This document shows positions 20,187-31,204 of a stretch of 64,000 nt of DNA, one piece after another. A program made the translations under genes and the position numbers. This DNA is from Thermoplasmatales archaeon (GTDB taxonomy: Archaea; Thermoplasmatota; Thermoplasmata; Thermoplasmatales; Thermoplasmataceae): NCBI GenBank assembly GCA_027372655.1, contig DAICVC010000011.1, positions 72,138-136,137 of the forward strand, written 5' to 3'. Numbering within the stretch: position 1 is the first letter of the stretch; the number at the start of each line of letters is the position of its first letter. A model generated the notes under the pieces. It was not told the DNA's origin. It worked only from the letters and a program-made list of their open reading frames with translations, and did not search any database.

Positions 20187-21601
20187 GTTATCATCAGGCG
20201 GTTTACGATGAAAAATTGATTAAGGAAATTGATTCAGGGAATACATTCAGCATCGACGGATTGGAAGATGTATTGATTCCAAAGGAATTAAAAAGGACAA
20301 AACTCTCACTTCCGGATATTGCAGAAAATGACGTTATCAGGCATTATGTGAAGTTATCACAGATGAATTACGCTGTTGATACAGGTTTCTACCCCCTTGG
20401 CTCATGCACTATGAAATTTAATCCAAAATTTGCAGACAAAATTGCAAATGATGACCGATTTTCCAGCATACATCCCCTTGTCAATCCAGACTACGCTCAG
20501 GGGAATCTCAGAATAATGTATGAACTCAAAAGGTATCTTGCGGAGATATCCGGAATGGATGCAGTTAGCCTTCAGCCACTCGCAGGTGCCCACGGGGAGT
20601 TCACATCTCTCCTCGTGGCTAGGAAATACATGGATGACATGGGAATGTCACAGAGGAATGAAATAATAATTCCGGATTCAGCACACGGAACAAACCCCGC
20701 ATCTGCCACAATGGCAGGTTTCTCTGTAGTTCAGATACCATCAACAAAGGACGGAAAGATCAACCTTGACGCATTGAAAGAGGCCCTGGGTGAGCAGACT
20801 GCAGTTTTTATGATAACAAATCCCAGTACACTTGGCGTTTTCGAATCAAATATTGTAAAGATAGCAAAGATGGTTCACGATAATGGGTCCCTTCTTTACT
20901 ATGATGGGGCTAATCTTAACGCAATCCTTGGATATACATCTCCAGGTTCGATGGGATTTGATATGGTGCATTTCAATCTGCACAAAACATTTGCAACCCC
21001 CCACGGTGGCGGTGGTCCTGGTGCTGGCCCCATAGCAGTAAAAACGTTTCTGGCAAAGTATCTGCCTTATCCAAGTGTTGAAAAGGAGGGAGATCACTAC
21101 GTGCTTAAGGAAGAGAGGCAGGACAGCATTGGCAGAGTGGCCGGTTTCCAAGGATCATTCATAAATTTACTCAGAGCTTGGGCATATATCAAATACAAGG
21201 GAAGTGACGGTCTATTGCTTAATACAAATAAGGCAGTCGCTAATGCAAATTATATGGCATCAAAACTGGAACCTATTTTGAAATACAAGAGCAATGGACT
21301 GAAAAAGCATGAGGTGATAGTATCCACAGAAAATGTAGGAAAAAGTGCCATGGATGTTGCCAAATTTATTATTGATAAAGGGGTCCACGCACCAACGACT
21401 TACTTCCCGTTAATCGTTCACGAGGCAATGATGATTGAACCAACCGAAGATGCGAGCATAGAAGATATGGACAATTTCTGTGAAATCATTAGGGAGGCAA
21501 TTGAAACTGACGACGATGAATTACGCAAAATGCCCGAGCATCTCAAGATAGGCAGAGCGGATGATGTTAAGGCAGCAAAGGATCTTATACTCAGGTGGTA
21601 A
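20183..21601 (+). CDS. gcvPB: Glycine dehydrogenase subunit 2
   Basis: YPLGSCTMK, SAHGTNPASA, NLHKTFATPHGGGGPG (PLP Lys). Confidence 0.96.
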   Translation: MSYHQAVYDEKLIKEIDSGNTFSIDGLEDVLIPKELKRTKLSLPDIAENDVIRHYVKLSQMNYAVDTGFYPLGSCTMKFNPKFADKIANDDRFSSIHPLVNPDYAQGNLRIMYELKRYLAEISGMDAVSLQPLAGAHGEFTSLLVARKYMDDMGMSQRNEIIIPDSAHGTNPASATMAGFSVVQIPSTKDGKINLDALKEALGEQTAVFMITNPSTLGVFESNIVKIAKMVHDNGSLLYYDGANLNAILGYTSPGSMGFDMVHFNLHKTFATPHGGGGPGAGPIAVKTFLAKYLPYPSVEKEGDHYVLKEERQDSIGRVAGFQGSFINLLRAWAYIKYKGSDGLLLNTNKAVANANYMASKLEPILKYKSNGLKKHEVIVSTENVGKSAMDVAKFIIDKGVHAPTTYFPLIVHEAMMIEPTEDASIEDMDNFCEIIREAIETDDDELRKMPEHLKIGRADDVKAAKDLILRW

Positions 21602-21727
21602 GATCTGGCTTTTCCCTTAAACACTATGAAAAAACCTGACTATCACATAATAGAAGTAAAGATGTTTGTCGATGGGAGAATTTTAAAATTGAAATGCCAG
21701 AAAGAATATGAAGGTAGATTATGTTAC

Positions 21728-22546
21728 TTATACAGGTCTGAATTTTCTTTTTTCAGATTCGTAAATTTCGCCATCTGAGCCTAAAAGATTGAGTATCTCA
21801 TCCAGTTGCTTAGAATCTATTCCTTTTGACGAAAGTTGATCAAGAATCTCCTGGTATGTTATTCCACCAATCAGCCCATTTTCTTTGACCAGATTCAGTA
21901 CCTGTTCCTTAAGAACCAAAGCGGCTTCTGATACATTGTTAGTGTCTGATGCCAGTAAAAGCTCTTCCAGTGGACCTATATTTGGGCGCTCATATGCCTC
22001 TATGGCCTTTTTACATCCTTCTGCTTCTTCCTGATTAAATCCCATTGCAACCAGTTGGTCTTCCGTGAGGTCTGGGGACTTTTGCAGTTCGTGCAAAATT
22101 GTGATTCTTCTTTTGAGATATGAAAGGGATTGTGTTTTCCAGTATTCGGAATCGCTTTCTTCAACTGTTCTCACACTTTCCGGGTTGATGTTGATGAAAA
22201 ACTTACCTTCTGGACTCTTGAAATAGCTAGTTCTTCCAATGACCATTACCTCATCGTTTTCTTTTACTTTATCGATTTGAAGCTTGGTTTCTTGGTTAAA
22301 ATCTTTTGGAAAAAAAATCAGGTAAAAAGCCCCTGTCAAATCTGCTACCACCATCTTAATCATGTCTCCTTCGCCATTCTTCTGAGTTATCTTACCACAA
22401 AATAGGATGCGTCGGCCGACACTGCCTCCCTGTGTTATGAAGTACTCCTTTTTATTTTCCTCATCACCTTCCAGCGTAGTTAGGGAAGTGTTTCTTAATT
22501 CCTTTGCAAATATCCATCTTGCGGGTTCTCTTTTCTTTTCGTTCAA
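21728..22546 (-). CDS. RPA-associated / RPA2-like OB-fold protein with C-terminal winged helix
   Basis: REPARWIFAKEL, OB-fold region, C-terminal LGSDGEIYE wH; coupled to RPA gene. Confidence 0.8.
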   Translation of the reverse strand: MNEKKREPARWIFAKELRNTSLTTLEGDEENKKEYFITQGGSVGRRILFCGKITQKNGEGDMIKMVVADLTGAFYLIFFPKDFNQETKLQIDKVKENDEVMVIGRTSYFKSPEGKFFININPESVRTVEESDSEYWKTQSLSYLKRRITILHELQKSPDLTEDQLVAMGFNQEEAEGCKKAIEAYERPNIGPLEELLLASDTNNVSEAALVLKEQVLNLVKENGLIGGITYQEILDQLSSKGIDSKQLDEILNLLGSDGEIYESEKRKFRPV

Positions 22547-23637
22547 AATTCTTCACCACTTTTAATTTGATTTAACTCTACAATGTCCTCTTTCTGAATG
22601 ATTTTGATTTGTGTTGATCTCAAAGTTAACCCGTTGTTTCCATTTCTCAAATTTCCACTAATTCTCAGTGCGTGATGCATTATATTTGTGGATATTTTTT
22701 CCTTGATTTCTCTCTTGAGCGGTGGTTTCTTCGGATCATTCAGAAATTCTTTCGTGATTCCTGCTAGCTCACCTAAAGCATCCAGTCCTGCGCTTACCTG
22801 AATAAAATCTGTTCCATCATCCACTGTGAAATATGCAAAAATGTCGTAAATTAGTGGACTTTCTGGGTGATCATAACACCTGATATCATCAACTCTCTGA
22901 TTGCACTGGCTACACTTTGCAAATAATCCACTTTTTTCTCCAATGTTTAATGCAAATCCAGTAATTGTTATTCCACCAATCGGCGACTTAACATCAGAAA
23001 TGTATGAAATTGGGCTACTCTTTGGCAGCTCTATTTCAGGATATTCAACATTTGCCTTGTCGGAAATGTTCAATCTGTAATATCCATTGAATTCATCGAG
23101 CCTTGCTCCCTCAATTTTCGCATATTTTCCATTCTTCAACTGTCTTCCAAAGCTTGAGAGGGCTATGCTTGACTTGCTGTCGTGTAGTACGTACTGGAAT
23201 ACTGCTTTCTTGACTCCGTCTTTTTCGTACTCCCTTTTTGCCTCAGATTCAAGTACTCCTTCCACTGTAACAAATTTATCTGACATATTAAGATCCTTCA
23301 GATTGTAAAATTTGTAAACTCGCTTCACCTCCAAAGGCTCATTCAGGAATTTGAATTCGGTCCGGTTGTCAAAATATACTCTTAATTTGTCCTTATAGCT
23401 TTTTGTGTAACATTTTGTGATATTGTATACATCCAGTTCTCTAATTGTTGAGGGTAGTGCCCATGCAGTATATGCCATTACCCCGGTTTCATCCCCTAAA
23501 AGACCATAATGATATGTTATCGGTCCCTTGGAGCCTTCTGCCTCCCTTTTAGATATTGATAAAATTTTGACTTTCATTTCAATGTCATTTACTTCGCCCT
23601 TTATTTCTCCAACGGTCAACCTTTTTGATGATTCCAT
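22543..23637 (-). CDS. rpa: Replication protein A (OB folds + Zn finger)
   Basis: GLLGDETG, KSGLFAKCSQC...RCYDH Zn finger, VDDGT. Confidence 0.85.
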   Translation of the reverse strand: MESSKRLTVGEIKGEVNDIEMKVKILSISKREAEGSKGPITYHYGLLGDETGVMAYTAWALPSTIRELDVYNITKCYTKSYKDKLRVYFDNRTEFKFLNEPLEVKRVYKFYNLKDLNMSDKFVTVEGVLESEAKREYEKDGVKKAVFQYVLHDSKSSIALSSFGRQLKNGKYAKIEGARLDEFNGYYRLNISDKANVEYPEIELPKSSPISYISDVKSPIGGITITGFALNIGEKSGLFAKCSQCNQRVDDIRCYDHPESPLIYDIFAYFTVDDGTDFIQVSAGLDALGELAGITKEFLNDPKKPPLKREIKEKISTNIMHHALRISGNLRNGNNGLTLRSTQIKIIQKEDIVELNQIKSGEEF

Positions 23638-23869
23638 TCTTTTGAAGTATGCTAATTTAATTAAAGTTTTATCGGTAGTTGAATTTCGGGGCAAATAAAA
23701 AGATGCACAGTTCGTATTAACATTTTCATAAATAGATCAATTTTCGACTTATGAAAATTAGGTGGGAATATGTGCCTGATTCCTAAAATACAAAATCGAT
23801 AATTTATCAATAATATGTAAAAATAAATTATATACTTTGGAAATATTACTAACGAGAAGTGAGTAAATA

Positions 23870-24634
23870 TTGATAGGAATAATAGGAGGAAGTGGACTTT
23901 ACGATTTAATAGATGTAAGGGAGAGCAGAAAAATTGACACTCCCTTCGGAATTCCTTCTTCAGAATTGGAAATTGGAGAGTATAACGGAATTAGCGTCGC
24001 ATTCATACCTAGACACGGTAAGAAACACAACATACCGCCACATATGGTCAACTACCGGGCAAATATCTGGGCGCTGAAGAATATAGGATGCAATGAAGTT
24101 CTTGGAATAAATGCGGTAGGATCTCTCAAGGAGGGATTGAAGCCTGGAGATGTTGTTATTCCAGACCAGTACATAGATAACACGAAGAATAGGAAATTGA
24201 CCTTCTATGACGGTCCGGATGTGATTCACGTTTCATCTGCAGATCCGTTCTGCCCAAGGATTAACGGCGAATTGGAAAAAGTTTCCAGACCTGTGACTAA
24301 TACACATCTCGGTGGGACGTATATTACCATAGAAGGCCCAAGATTTTCAACGAGGGCTGAATCAAAAATGTTCAGGCAATTTGCTGATATAATTGGTATG
24401 ACTCTGGTTCCAGAGATCAACCTTGCGGATGAGTTGGGTATGTGCTATTCAATGATAGCAAATATTACCGACTACGATGTGTGGTCAGAAAAACCGGTTG
24501 ATGCCTCAGAAGTTATAAAAATCCTTAAGGAAAACGAGCAAAAAACAACTACAATAATTACAAACTTTCTAAAATCACATAATGAAGAGAGAACATGTGA
24601 ATGCAAAAGTAGACTTGACAACGCGAGGTTATAA
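23870..24634 (+). CDS. mtnP: 5'-methylthioadenosine phosphorylase
   Basis: [37 protein letters not shown]. Confidence 0.93.
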   Translation: MIGIIGGSGLYDLIDVRESRKIDTPFGIPSSELEIGEYNGISVAFIPRHGKKHNIPPHMVNYRANIWALKNIGCNEVLGINAVGSLKEGLKPGDVVIPDQYIDNTKNRKLTFYDGPDVIHVSSADPFCPRINGELEKVSRPVTNTHLGGTYITIEGPRFSTRAESKMFRQFADIIGMTLVPEINLADELGMCYSMIANITDYDVWSEKPVDASEVIKILKENEQKTTTIITNFLKSHNEERTCECKSRLDNARL

Positions 24635-24636
24635 AA

Positions 24637-25869
24637 TTGTTAAAATTAAAATTTTTAGGAGGAGCAGAAGAAGTAGGAAGACTGGGAATTGTTATTAATA
24701 TGGAAGGAAGGAAATTTCAGGTAGATTATGGAGTCATTCCAGAAAAACCTCCAATGTTTCCGCTACCACCAGAAAAGATAGAGAGTATTTTCATTACACA
24801 TTCGCATCTGGATCATATTGGTGCTATGCCCATGTATTTTCAAGATGGTGGCATTGATGTATTTGCGACTGAAATGACTGCAAACACAACCAGACCAATG
24901 CTAAACGATTCCATTAAAATAACAGCTATTGAGGGGTACGTTGAACGATTTAACAGAGAAGATGTGGAGAAGATGTACACATTCATGAACCATGCCAGAT
25001 ATGGAGAAAAACTGGATATGGATGATATTAACGTTACACCTTATTCTGCAGGGCACATTCCGGGATCTACGATGTGGAGATTTGAAAATTCCCATGAAAT
25101 AATGGTAACAGGAGATCTTTACACTGGGGATTCAAAGCTGCTTTCCGGAGCAAAACCAAAAAAAGTAAAGAATTTGGTAGTGGAGAGTACATATGCCGGT
25201 AAGAATCACGAAGACAGAGAAGAAGTAAGGAAAAGGCTTAGGGATAGAGTAACGGATATAGTAGAACACGGTGGTAAGGTCATATTACCTTCCTTTGCTA
25301 TGGGCAGAATGCAGGAGCTGGTTATGTCACTGTCTGACCTTCCATATAGGATAGCAACAGATGGAATGGGGAACTTAATAACAAGCATTTACCTCAACAC
25401 TCCAGGATATCTTAGATCGGAGAAAGAGTTTAGAAGATCTCTTTCCAGGGTTAAAGCAATCCGGGGAAAAAGAATGCGAGAAAACATAGATTCTGCTGAC
25501 GTTATAATATCAACATCAGGAATGCTTGACGGAGGTCCAGTTCTTTCTTATATTGAAAAATATGTCCATGATCCAAAGAGTGCCATATTTATGACAGGGT
25601 ATCAGGTTGAAGGGACTAACGGCAGAAACCTAATGGAGAAAGGTACACTGAATTTATCGGGCGTAGAAGTTAAGCCAGACATGGCTGTTGAATTCTTTGA
25701 CATGTCGGCACATGCAGGTCATGATGATCTGGTCAGTTTCATCAAATCATGCAGTCCGGAAAATGTTATTTTATGTCACGGAGATCAAAGGGAGGCTGTT
25801 GTGGACGACCTTCAAAACTATAATGTGATCTTACCCTTCAATGGAAAAGAAATAACCGTTGAAGAATAA
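24637..25869 (+). CDS. MBL-fold beta-CASP ribonuclease (aCPSF2-like)
   Basis: THSHLDH, AGHIPGS, TGD, ESTY, SAHAG, HG. Confidence 0.9.
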   Translation: MLKLKFLGGAEEVGRLGIVINMEGRKFQVDYGVIPEKPPMFPLPPEKIESIFITHSHLDHIGAMPMYFQDGGIDVFATEMTANTTRPMLNDSIKITAIEGYVERFNREDVEKMYTFMNHARYGEKLDMDDINVTPYSAGHIPGSTMWRFENSHEIMVTGDLYTGDSKLLSGAKPKKVKNLVVESTYAGKNHEDREEVRKRLRDRVTDIVEHGGKVILPSFAMGRMQELVMSLSDLPYRIATDGMGNLITSIYLNTPGYLRSEKEFRRSLSRVKAIRGKRMRENIDSADVIISTSGMLDGGPVLSYIEKYVHDPKSAIFMTGYQVEGTNGRNLMEKGTLNLSGVEVKPDMAVEFFDMSAHAGHDDLVSFIKSCSPENVILCHGDQREAVVDDLQNYNVILPFNGKEITVEE

Positions 25870-25901
25870 AATTTCTATTTTTGGGATTTCACTTTTTTAT
25901 C

Positions 25902-26504
25902 TCAAATCACAATAGAAGTAACTGCTGTTAGTATGAACTGAATTGCAAATGCTGCAACGAACAGTCCAAAAATTCTCGTAATTGCCTTCAGGGATTTATC
26001 GCCAATAGCCCTCGAAATAGGTGTTGCAAGAGAGAAAATCGTATAAACAAGTATAAAAATAATGACAACAGAAACTACTGTCAGAATCATGGACTCGATG
26101 CTTTTTCTTGATAGGATGATTACAAGAGAAATGGCGCCTGGCCCGGCAAGTAAAGGAGTTGCAAATGGGACTATGCCAAGATCGGGATTTTTATATGTCT
26201 TCCCGGTGGATTTTGGTCTATCTCCTTCCCTTACCATTTCAACTCCCATAATCAAAAGAATGATTCCACCGGCAATTTCAATGGCACTCAGACTAATTCC
26301 CATGAGATAAAGAACAAAATATCCTGCTAAAGTGAAAAATACCAGTATCAGTGTTCCATACAGGAAAGAATCTTTCGCCGCCGTTCTTTTTTCAGATTCT
26401 GAATAATCTGATGTCATTGTCAGAAAGAGCGCCATCGTCCCAAATGGATCAATTACAACGAATAAGGGAAAAAATACCTTAACGAAGGTGAGGGCGATGG
26501 ACAT
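25902..26504 (-). CDS. MarC family membrane protein (second paralogue)
   Basis: IDPFG, AGGIILL, VPFATPLLAGPGAIS. Confidence 0.9.
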   Translation of the reverse strand: MSIALTFVKVFFPLFVVIDPFGTMALFLTMTSDYSESEKRTAAKDSFLYGTLILVFFTLAGYFVLYLMGISLSAIEIAGGIILLIMGVEMVREGDRPKSTGKTYKNPDLGIVPFATPLLAGPGAISLVIILSRKSIESMILTVVSVVIIFILVYTIFSLATPISRAIGDKSLKAITRIFGLFVAAFAIQFILTAVTSIVI

Positions 26505-26588
26505 ATGGGGGTATTTCAACTATATATATTAGATTTTAAAGAAAAAATTGCTATTGAATTTATAAGCATTAGGAAATATCTCTTTCAG

Positions 26589-27755
26589 ATGAAAGTAGCC
26601 ATTTTAGGAATAGACGGTTATATAGGCTGGGCTCTCGCAATGCGTCTTGCAAGAAATGGAAAAGAAGTTATAGGTTTAGATTCGCAATACACAAGACAGA
26701 GAGTTTCGGAAGTGGGTTCAGAGTCACTTTTGCCAATTGCTTCAATGGAAGAGCGAACAAAAATATTTGAAGAAAAAACAGGAAAAAATATTGAATTCTA
26801 CAGAGGAGACGTAAATGATCCTGATTTTGTAATTGATTTTGTAAAAAGGAATAGACCTGATGCATTCGTTCATCTCGCTGAACAGAGATCGGCCCCTTAT
26901 TCAATGATAGGACTGAAACAGGCTAGAGAGACTCTTATTCAAAATATGGGAGGAACAATTAATCTGGTATATGCAATGAAAGAATTTACCCCTGATGCGC
27001 ACCTTTTGAAGCTTGGAACTATGGGAGAATACGGAACGCCCAACACTGATATTCCTGAGGGTTTTTTTGAAATTGAGTACAACGGAAGGAAAGATACGTT
27101 TCCTTTCCCGAAATTCGCGGGTTCCTGGTATCACTGGAGCAAAGTGCACGACACAAACAATCTAATGTTTGCAAACAGGGTCTGGGGACTGAAGATAACT
27201 GATGTAATGCAAGGTGTAGTATACGGAACAAAAACTAAAGAAATTGAAGAATACGGTCTGAATACTAGGTTTGATTTTGACGAGGTTTGGGGTACCGCCC
27301 TGAACAGGTTTTGTGTACAGGCTTCCGTGGGAATTCCTCTTACAGCATACGGAAAGGGAGACCAAAGAAGAGGTTATCTGTCTCTTGAAGATAGCATATC
27401 CTGTCTTGAATTGGGGCTTGACAAACCACCTAAGAGTGGGGAATACAGAGTTTACAACCAATTTGATGAACACTATTCAATTAATGAGCTGACTGGACTG
27501 GTTAAGGAGAGAGGAGAAAAATTGTTCAATTATGAGATAAAAGTGGATCATTTAGACAACCCAAGAGTGGAGAAAGATCAACATTATTACAATCCAGAAC
27601 ACAGGAAATTAAAAGAATTGGGATTTAAACCATCAAAAAATCTTAATGATGATATAGATGTTATCCTAAAAGATGTAAAATTGTATGACAAAATAGCCCT
27701 TGAGCACAAAAATGTAATCCTGCCGAAAACCGTCTGGAATAAAAGCCGAATTTAA
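26589..27755 (+). CDS. agl3: UDP-sulfoquinovose synthase (SQD1/Agl3 family)
   Basis: GIDGYIGW, HLAEQRSAPYSM, KLGTMGEYGTPN, GSWYHWSKVHD, QGVVYG, LNRFCVQA, NPRVE. Confidence 0.92.
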   Translation: MKVAILGIDGYIGWALAMRLARNGKEVIGLDSQYTRQRVSEVGSESLLPIASMEERTKIFEEKTGKNIEFYRGDVNDPDFVIDFVKRNRPDAFVHLAEQRSAPYSMIGLKQARETLIQNMGGTINLVYAMKEFTPDAHLLKLGTMGEYGTPNTDIPEGFFEIEYNGRKDTFPFPKFAGSWYHWSKVHDTNNLMFANRVWGLKITDVMQGVVYGTKTKEIEEYGLNTRFDFDEVWGTALNRFCVQASVGIPLTAYGKGDQRRGYLSLEDSISCLELGLDKPPKSGEYRVYNQFDEHYSINELTGLVKERGEKLFNYEIKVDHLDNPRVEKDQHYYNPEHRKLKELGFKPSKNLNDDIDVILKDVKLYDKIALEHKNVILPKTVWNKSRI

Positions 27756-27840
27756 TTTTTATCTTATTTTTATTCTGGGGGACTTGTGGTTAAACGATTC
27801 CTGATGCAATGTTTATTAATGATTTATCCATAACTGAACA

Positions 27841-29286
27841 ATGAGTCAAATTGCCCAGAGAAAAAAGGTTTACGGCATAATGGCTGTCACGGTAGCAATC
27901 ATATTAGTGGGAAGTATTGCCTTTTCAACTTCTCTTTCTGGATCAAGCTCTCCAAAATCAAACACAGTGTCGGTAACTCCCGCCATTTGTCAGAATTCCA
28001 CCGTTTACAAATACCAATGGATGGATAAAACTTCCTCAACATCACCTATGTCGCTTTCAAATGCAAGTATGGCATGCTTTACGCCAAACGGTCAAGTTGT
28101 ATTATTTGGGGGTGAAATGAATGTTACTAACAGCACTGGGGTGGGAAAGCTACAATACTCCAATGAAACATGGATGTACAACAATCAGGTATGGACGGAA
28201 TCTTCAGGCGTTAGCTCAATCCCCGGTATGATTGGATCATCCATGAATTACTACCCCAGAGGAGAAGATATAGTACTCTTTGGTGGTCAGAATCTCACCA
28301 ATTCTGGAAAAGTAATATATCAAAATCAGACGTGGATATTCACTGGTTACACCTGGACTCCATTAAAGGAACTGACTCAACTTCCAAGTGCAAGATCCTT
28401 TTCTGCATCTGCTTATTCTGCTTCAATTGGCGGAGTAGTAATGTTCGGCGGGATCTCAAGCACTGGAGTATTAAATTCAACCTGGGAATTCAAGAATAAC
28501 GTTTGGTCAAAGATTTCTACCACAGGTGCAATACCATCAATGGAGGGTTCTTCCATGGTGTCTCTTTCTAATGGCAATTTATTGCTATATGGGGGTTACA
28601 ACAATAATTCATACAGCAATCAGACATGGATTTTGAATACCACCACATTGCACTGGACTCTGGTTAACACACCATCTTCACCTGGAAAGTTAGCATTCTC
28701 AAGTCTGGAATTTTTCGCATTGAACAACCTGTATCTTCTCTACGGAGGTATAAACTCAAACGGAAAACCCGTTAACCAAACATGGAAATTCAATAGCAGC
28801 AACTGGGTTAATTTGAATATTGCATCTCCAGTGGGAGAATATGGTCAGGGCGTAGAACAACTCGCAGCAAATGATACATTAGTACTGTTCGGAGGTTCAT
28901 TCAACAACAGTGCAAATGGATTTACAAATGAAACTTTCGAGTTTGAAAACAATACATACAACTGGGTAAAGTTTACGCAAAGCGGACTGCCACCTGGAAT
29001 GCAATGGGGAATGAGCATCAATGGAATGTCTGAAAACACAACAGGAAATTATACTGAGTTTCTCCTTATGGGTGGAACCTACACCTACGGTACCTACGCA
29101 CCACCAGGCTATAGCGCTGTGAAGGGAAACGTGACAATGTTTGCATCCTTTGTAACATTGACCATTTCATTCAATAAAGCTCCAACGCTTTTCTACTACA
29201 TGTATGGATTGCTGGCAGGGATAGCCATAGTAATAGTCGCATTTATTGGCAGTCTGGTTTACAGAAAAGTGTTCATTAAAAAATAA
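27841..29286 (+). CDS. Membrane-anchored Kelch-repeat (beta-propeller) glycoprotein
   Basis: N-terminal signal/TM, about six LFGG/LYGG...N.TW repeats, C-terminal TM + KK, many N-x-S/T sequons. Confidence 0.85.
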   Translation: MSQIAQRKKVYGIMAVTVAIILVGSIAFSTSLSGSSSPKSNTVSVTPAICQNSTVYKYQWMDKTSSTSPMSLSNASMACFTPNGQVVLFGGEMNVTNSTGVGKLQYSNETWMYNNQVWTESSGVSSIPGMIGSSMNYYPRGEDIVLFGGQNLTNSGKVIYQNQTWIFTGYTWTPLKELTQLPSARSFSASAYSASIGGVVMFGGISSTGVLNSTWEFKNNVWSKISTTGAIPSMEGSSMVSLSNGNLLLYGGYNNNSYSNQTWILNTTTLHWTLVNTPSSPGKLAFSSLEFFALNNLYLLYGGINSNGKPVNQTWKFNSSNWVNLNIASPVGEYGQGVEQLAANDTLVLFGGSFNNSANGFTNETFEFENNTYNWVKFTQSGLPPGMQWGMSINGMSENTTGNYTEFLLMGGTYTYGTYAPPGYSAVKGNVTMFASFVTLTISFNKAPTLFYYMYGLLAGIAIVIVAFIGSLVYRKVFIKK

Positions 29287-30012
29287 TTATAAAATATTTG
29301 AAGCATGCTTAAAGGATCTTAACAAAACTTCATGATATTTCTCCTTTCTCCCAATGCTCAGCCATGATTCCCCTGAAATTTCATTATAAAAAACCTTGCC
29401 ATTGTTTATCATCTCTGAAATACAGGTTGTTAGCTCTTTTTCATTTTTCTTTATATGCTTAAGATGATCATGCTGAAAATAATAAACTGCTCCAAGGGCA
29501 AGATCTGATAATGGAATTTTTGGTTTTTCCACAACTGATAAAACCGTGCTTTCATTTTCATCAACCTTGGCATTTCCATACCTTTCAGGTGTTTCTACCC
29601 GGAAAAGTGTTAATGTAGTTTTTTTGCAAGAAACAATTTTTTTATAATATCCTTCATCAAGCACAACGCCATCCCCAGCATTGACAACTATGTCTTCAGA
29701 AATATTTTTCTTAATGCCCCTGTATACTGCATCCCCATAACCTAATTTTTCTTCTTGGAAATGGATTTCACACTCATCGAAGTTTCTTTCCAGGTATTTT
29801 ATTGTGAGCTCATCATCCGGATCAAGAACTACGACAACGGATGTACATCCAGCATCTTCAAGTCTTCTGATGACTATATCAATAACAGGTCTTAAGACTA
29901 ATTTTTCCCCAATTATATCATATAATGGGAGTAATTCTTTCCTGAGCCTGCCGTCAAGGCCTGATCTCGTGCCGAGACCAGCAGCAGTAACTATGCCATA
30001 AACCATTTCCAT
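29287..30012 (-). CDS. Sugar-phosphate nucleotidyltransferase
   Basis: AAGLGTR, KELLP, GYGDAV, GD, VEKP. Confidence 0.85.
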   Translation of the reverse strand: MEMVYGIVTAAGLGTRSGLDGRLRKELLPLYDIIGEKLVLRPVIDIVIRRLEDAGCTSVVVVLDPDDELTIKYLERNFDECEIHFQEEKLGYGDAVYRGIKKNISEDIVVNAGDGVVLDEGYYKKIVSCKKTTLTLFRVETPERYGNAKVDENESTVLSVVEKPKIPLSDLALGAVYYFQHDHLKHIKKNEKELTTCISEMINNGKVFYNEISGESWLSIGRKEKYHEVLLRSFKHASNIL

Positions 30013-30297
30013 GCAATTTATTCTCTTCTATTACACTTTGCGGATAATGTCTGAATTATGGTTTATCTCAAAAAATTAAGATTGATTAACGACGAGTGTT
30101 TAAATTCCAGTATGTATGTTAATTTCAGGATGAGTTATTTATTACTAATGAGAAAAAGAAGCAATGGTCACATCCAACCATTTAAAATGCAGGAGCAGTT
30201 AGAAAATTGTTCAGAAAACTCCATATCGGTGAAAGGAAACTGTTTTTAAGGTATGAGAATCGATATTAATTAGGAACTCATATCTTAATAGAAGAGT

Positions 30298-31149
30298 ATG
30301 ATGAATGGGTTCATGGAGAAACTGTTAGCTGGTAAGTGGATAGCCGGTCCTACTGTAGATGATGCAATCAATAGGGGTAACAGATTTAAAGCCTTGAGTA
30401 TAGGATCTATTTTCAACTACCTTGGCGAAGCACTGACAGACAAAAAAGACGTGAATGATGCCGTGAACACATATCTAAACGTAATCGCGAAAATTTCTCA
30501 AGATGATGAGAAGTTTCAGGTATCAATAAAACCCACTCAGATTGGACTCTCCATTGACTTGGAATTTGCTAAGGAAAACTTAAACAAGATAGTTCAAGAA
30601 TCGATGAAGAAAAATTTGTTCGTTTGGATTGACATGGAAGAAAGCACCCTTGTTGACAGGACAATTGCGTTATACAGATCACAAATTCATACAGGTCACG
30701 TTGGTCTCTGCATGCAGTCCTATTTGAAGAGAACAAAGAAGGATGTTGAAGAATTAACAAAAGATGGAGGAATTTTCAGACTAGTAAAAGGGGCGTATAC
30801 AGAGGATGAGAGCATCGCTTTCAAGACCAAAGAAGAAATTAACCAAAGTTTTGTTGAGATAATGGAATATATGTATCAGAATGCAAAAATATTCACCATA
30901 GCAAGTCACGACGAACTTATTATTGAGAAATCAGTAGAATTAGGGAAGAAGTATGAAAAAGAGGTCTGGTATGCAATGCTTAACGGGATAAGAAATCAAT
31001 ACCTCATTGATTTGCAAAAAAGAGGTTATAAGGTTTTTGCGTATATTCCATTTGGAAAGAAATGGATCCAATATTCAGTTAGGAGAATGCAGGAAGCTGG
31101 CCATATGAGTCTTCTAATGAAATCTATGCTTCACGGCCAAAAAATTTAA
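30298..31149 (+). CDS. Proline dehydrogenase (monofunctional)
   Basis: SIKPTQIG, IDMEE, QSYL, RLVKGAY, ASHD, YIPFG. Confidence 0.92.
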   Translation: MMNGFMEKLLAGKWIAGPTVDDAINRGNRFKALSIGSIFNYLGEALTDKKDVNDAVNTYLNVIAKISQDDEKFQVSIKPTQIGLSIDLEFAKENLNKIVQESMKKNLFVWIDMEESTLVDRTIALYRSQIHTGHVGLCMQSYLKRTKKDVEELTKDGGIFRLVKGAYTEDESIAFKTKEEINQSFVEIMEYMYQNAKIFTIASHDELIIEKSVELGKKYEKEVWYAMLNGIRNQYLIDLQKRGYKVFAYIPFGKKWIQYSVRRMQEAGHMSLLMKSMLHGQKI

Positions 31150-31204
31150 TCTAATGTCGAAGTCTAATTCGACAGATATATATATTATCGCTTAATCATT
31201 TTTA

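Noticed and set aside
21626-21780. ~50-codon plus-strand ORF after gcvPB
   Set aside because: Overlaps the convergent RPA-associated gene end and has no recognisable motif
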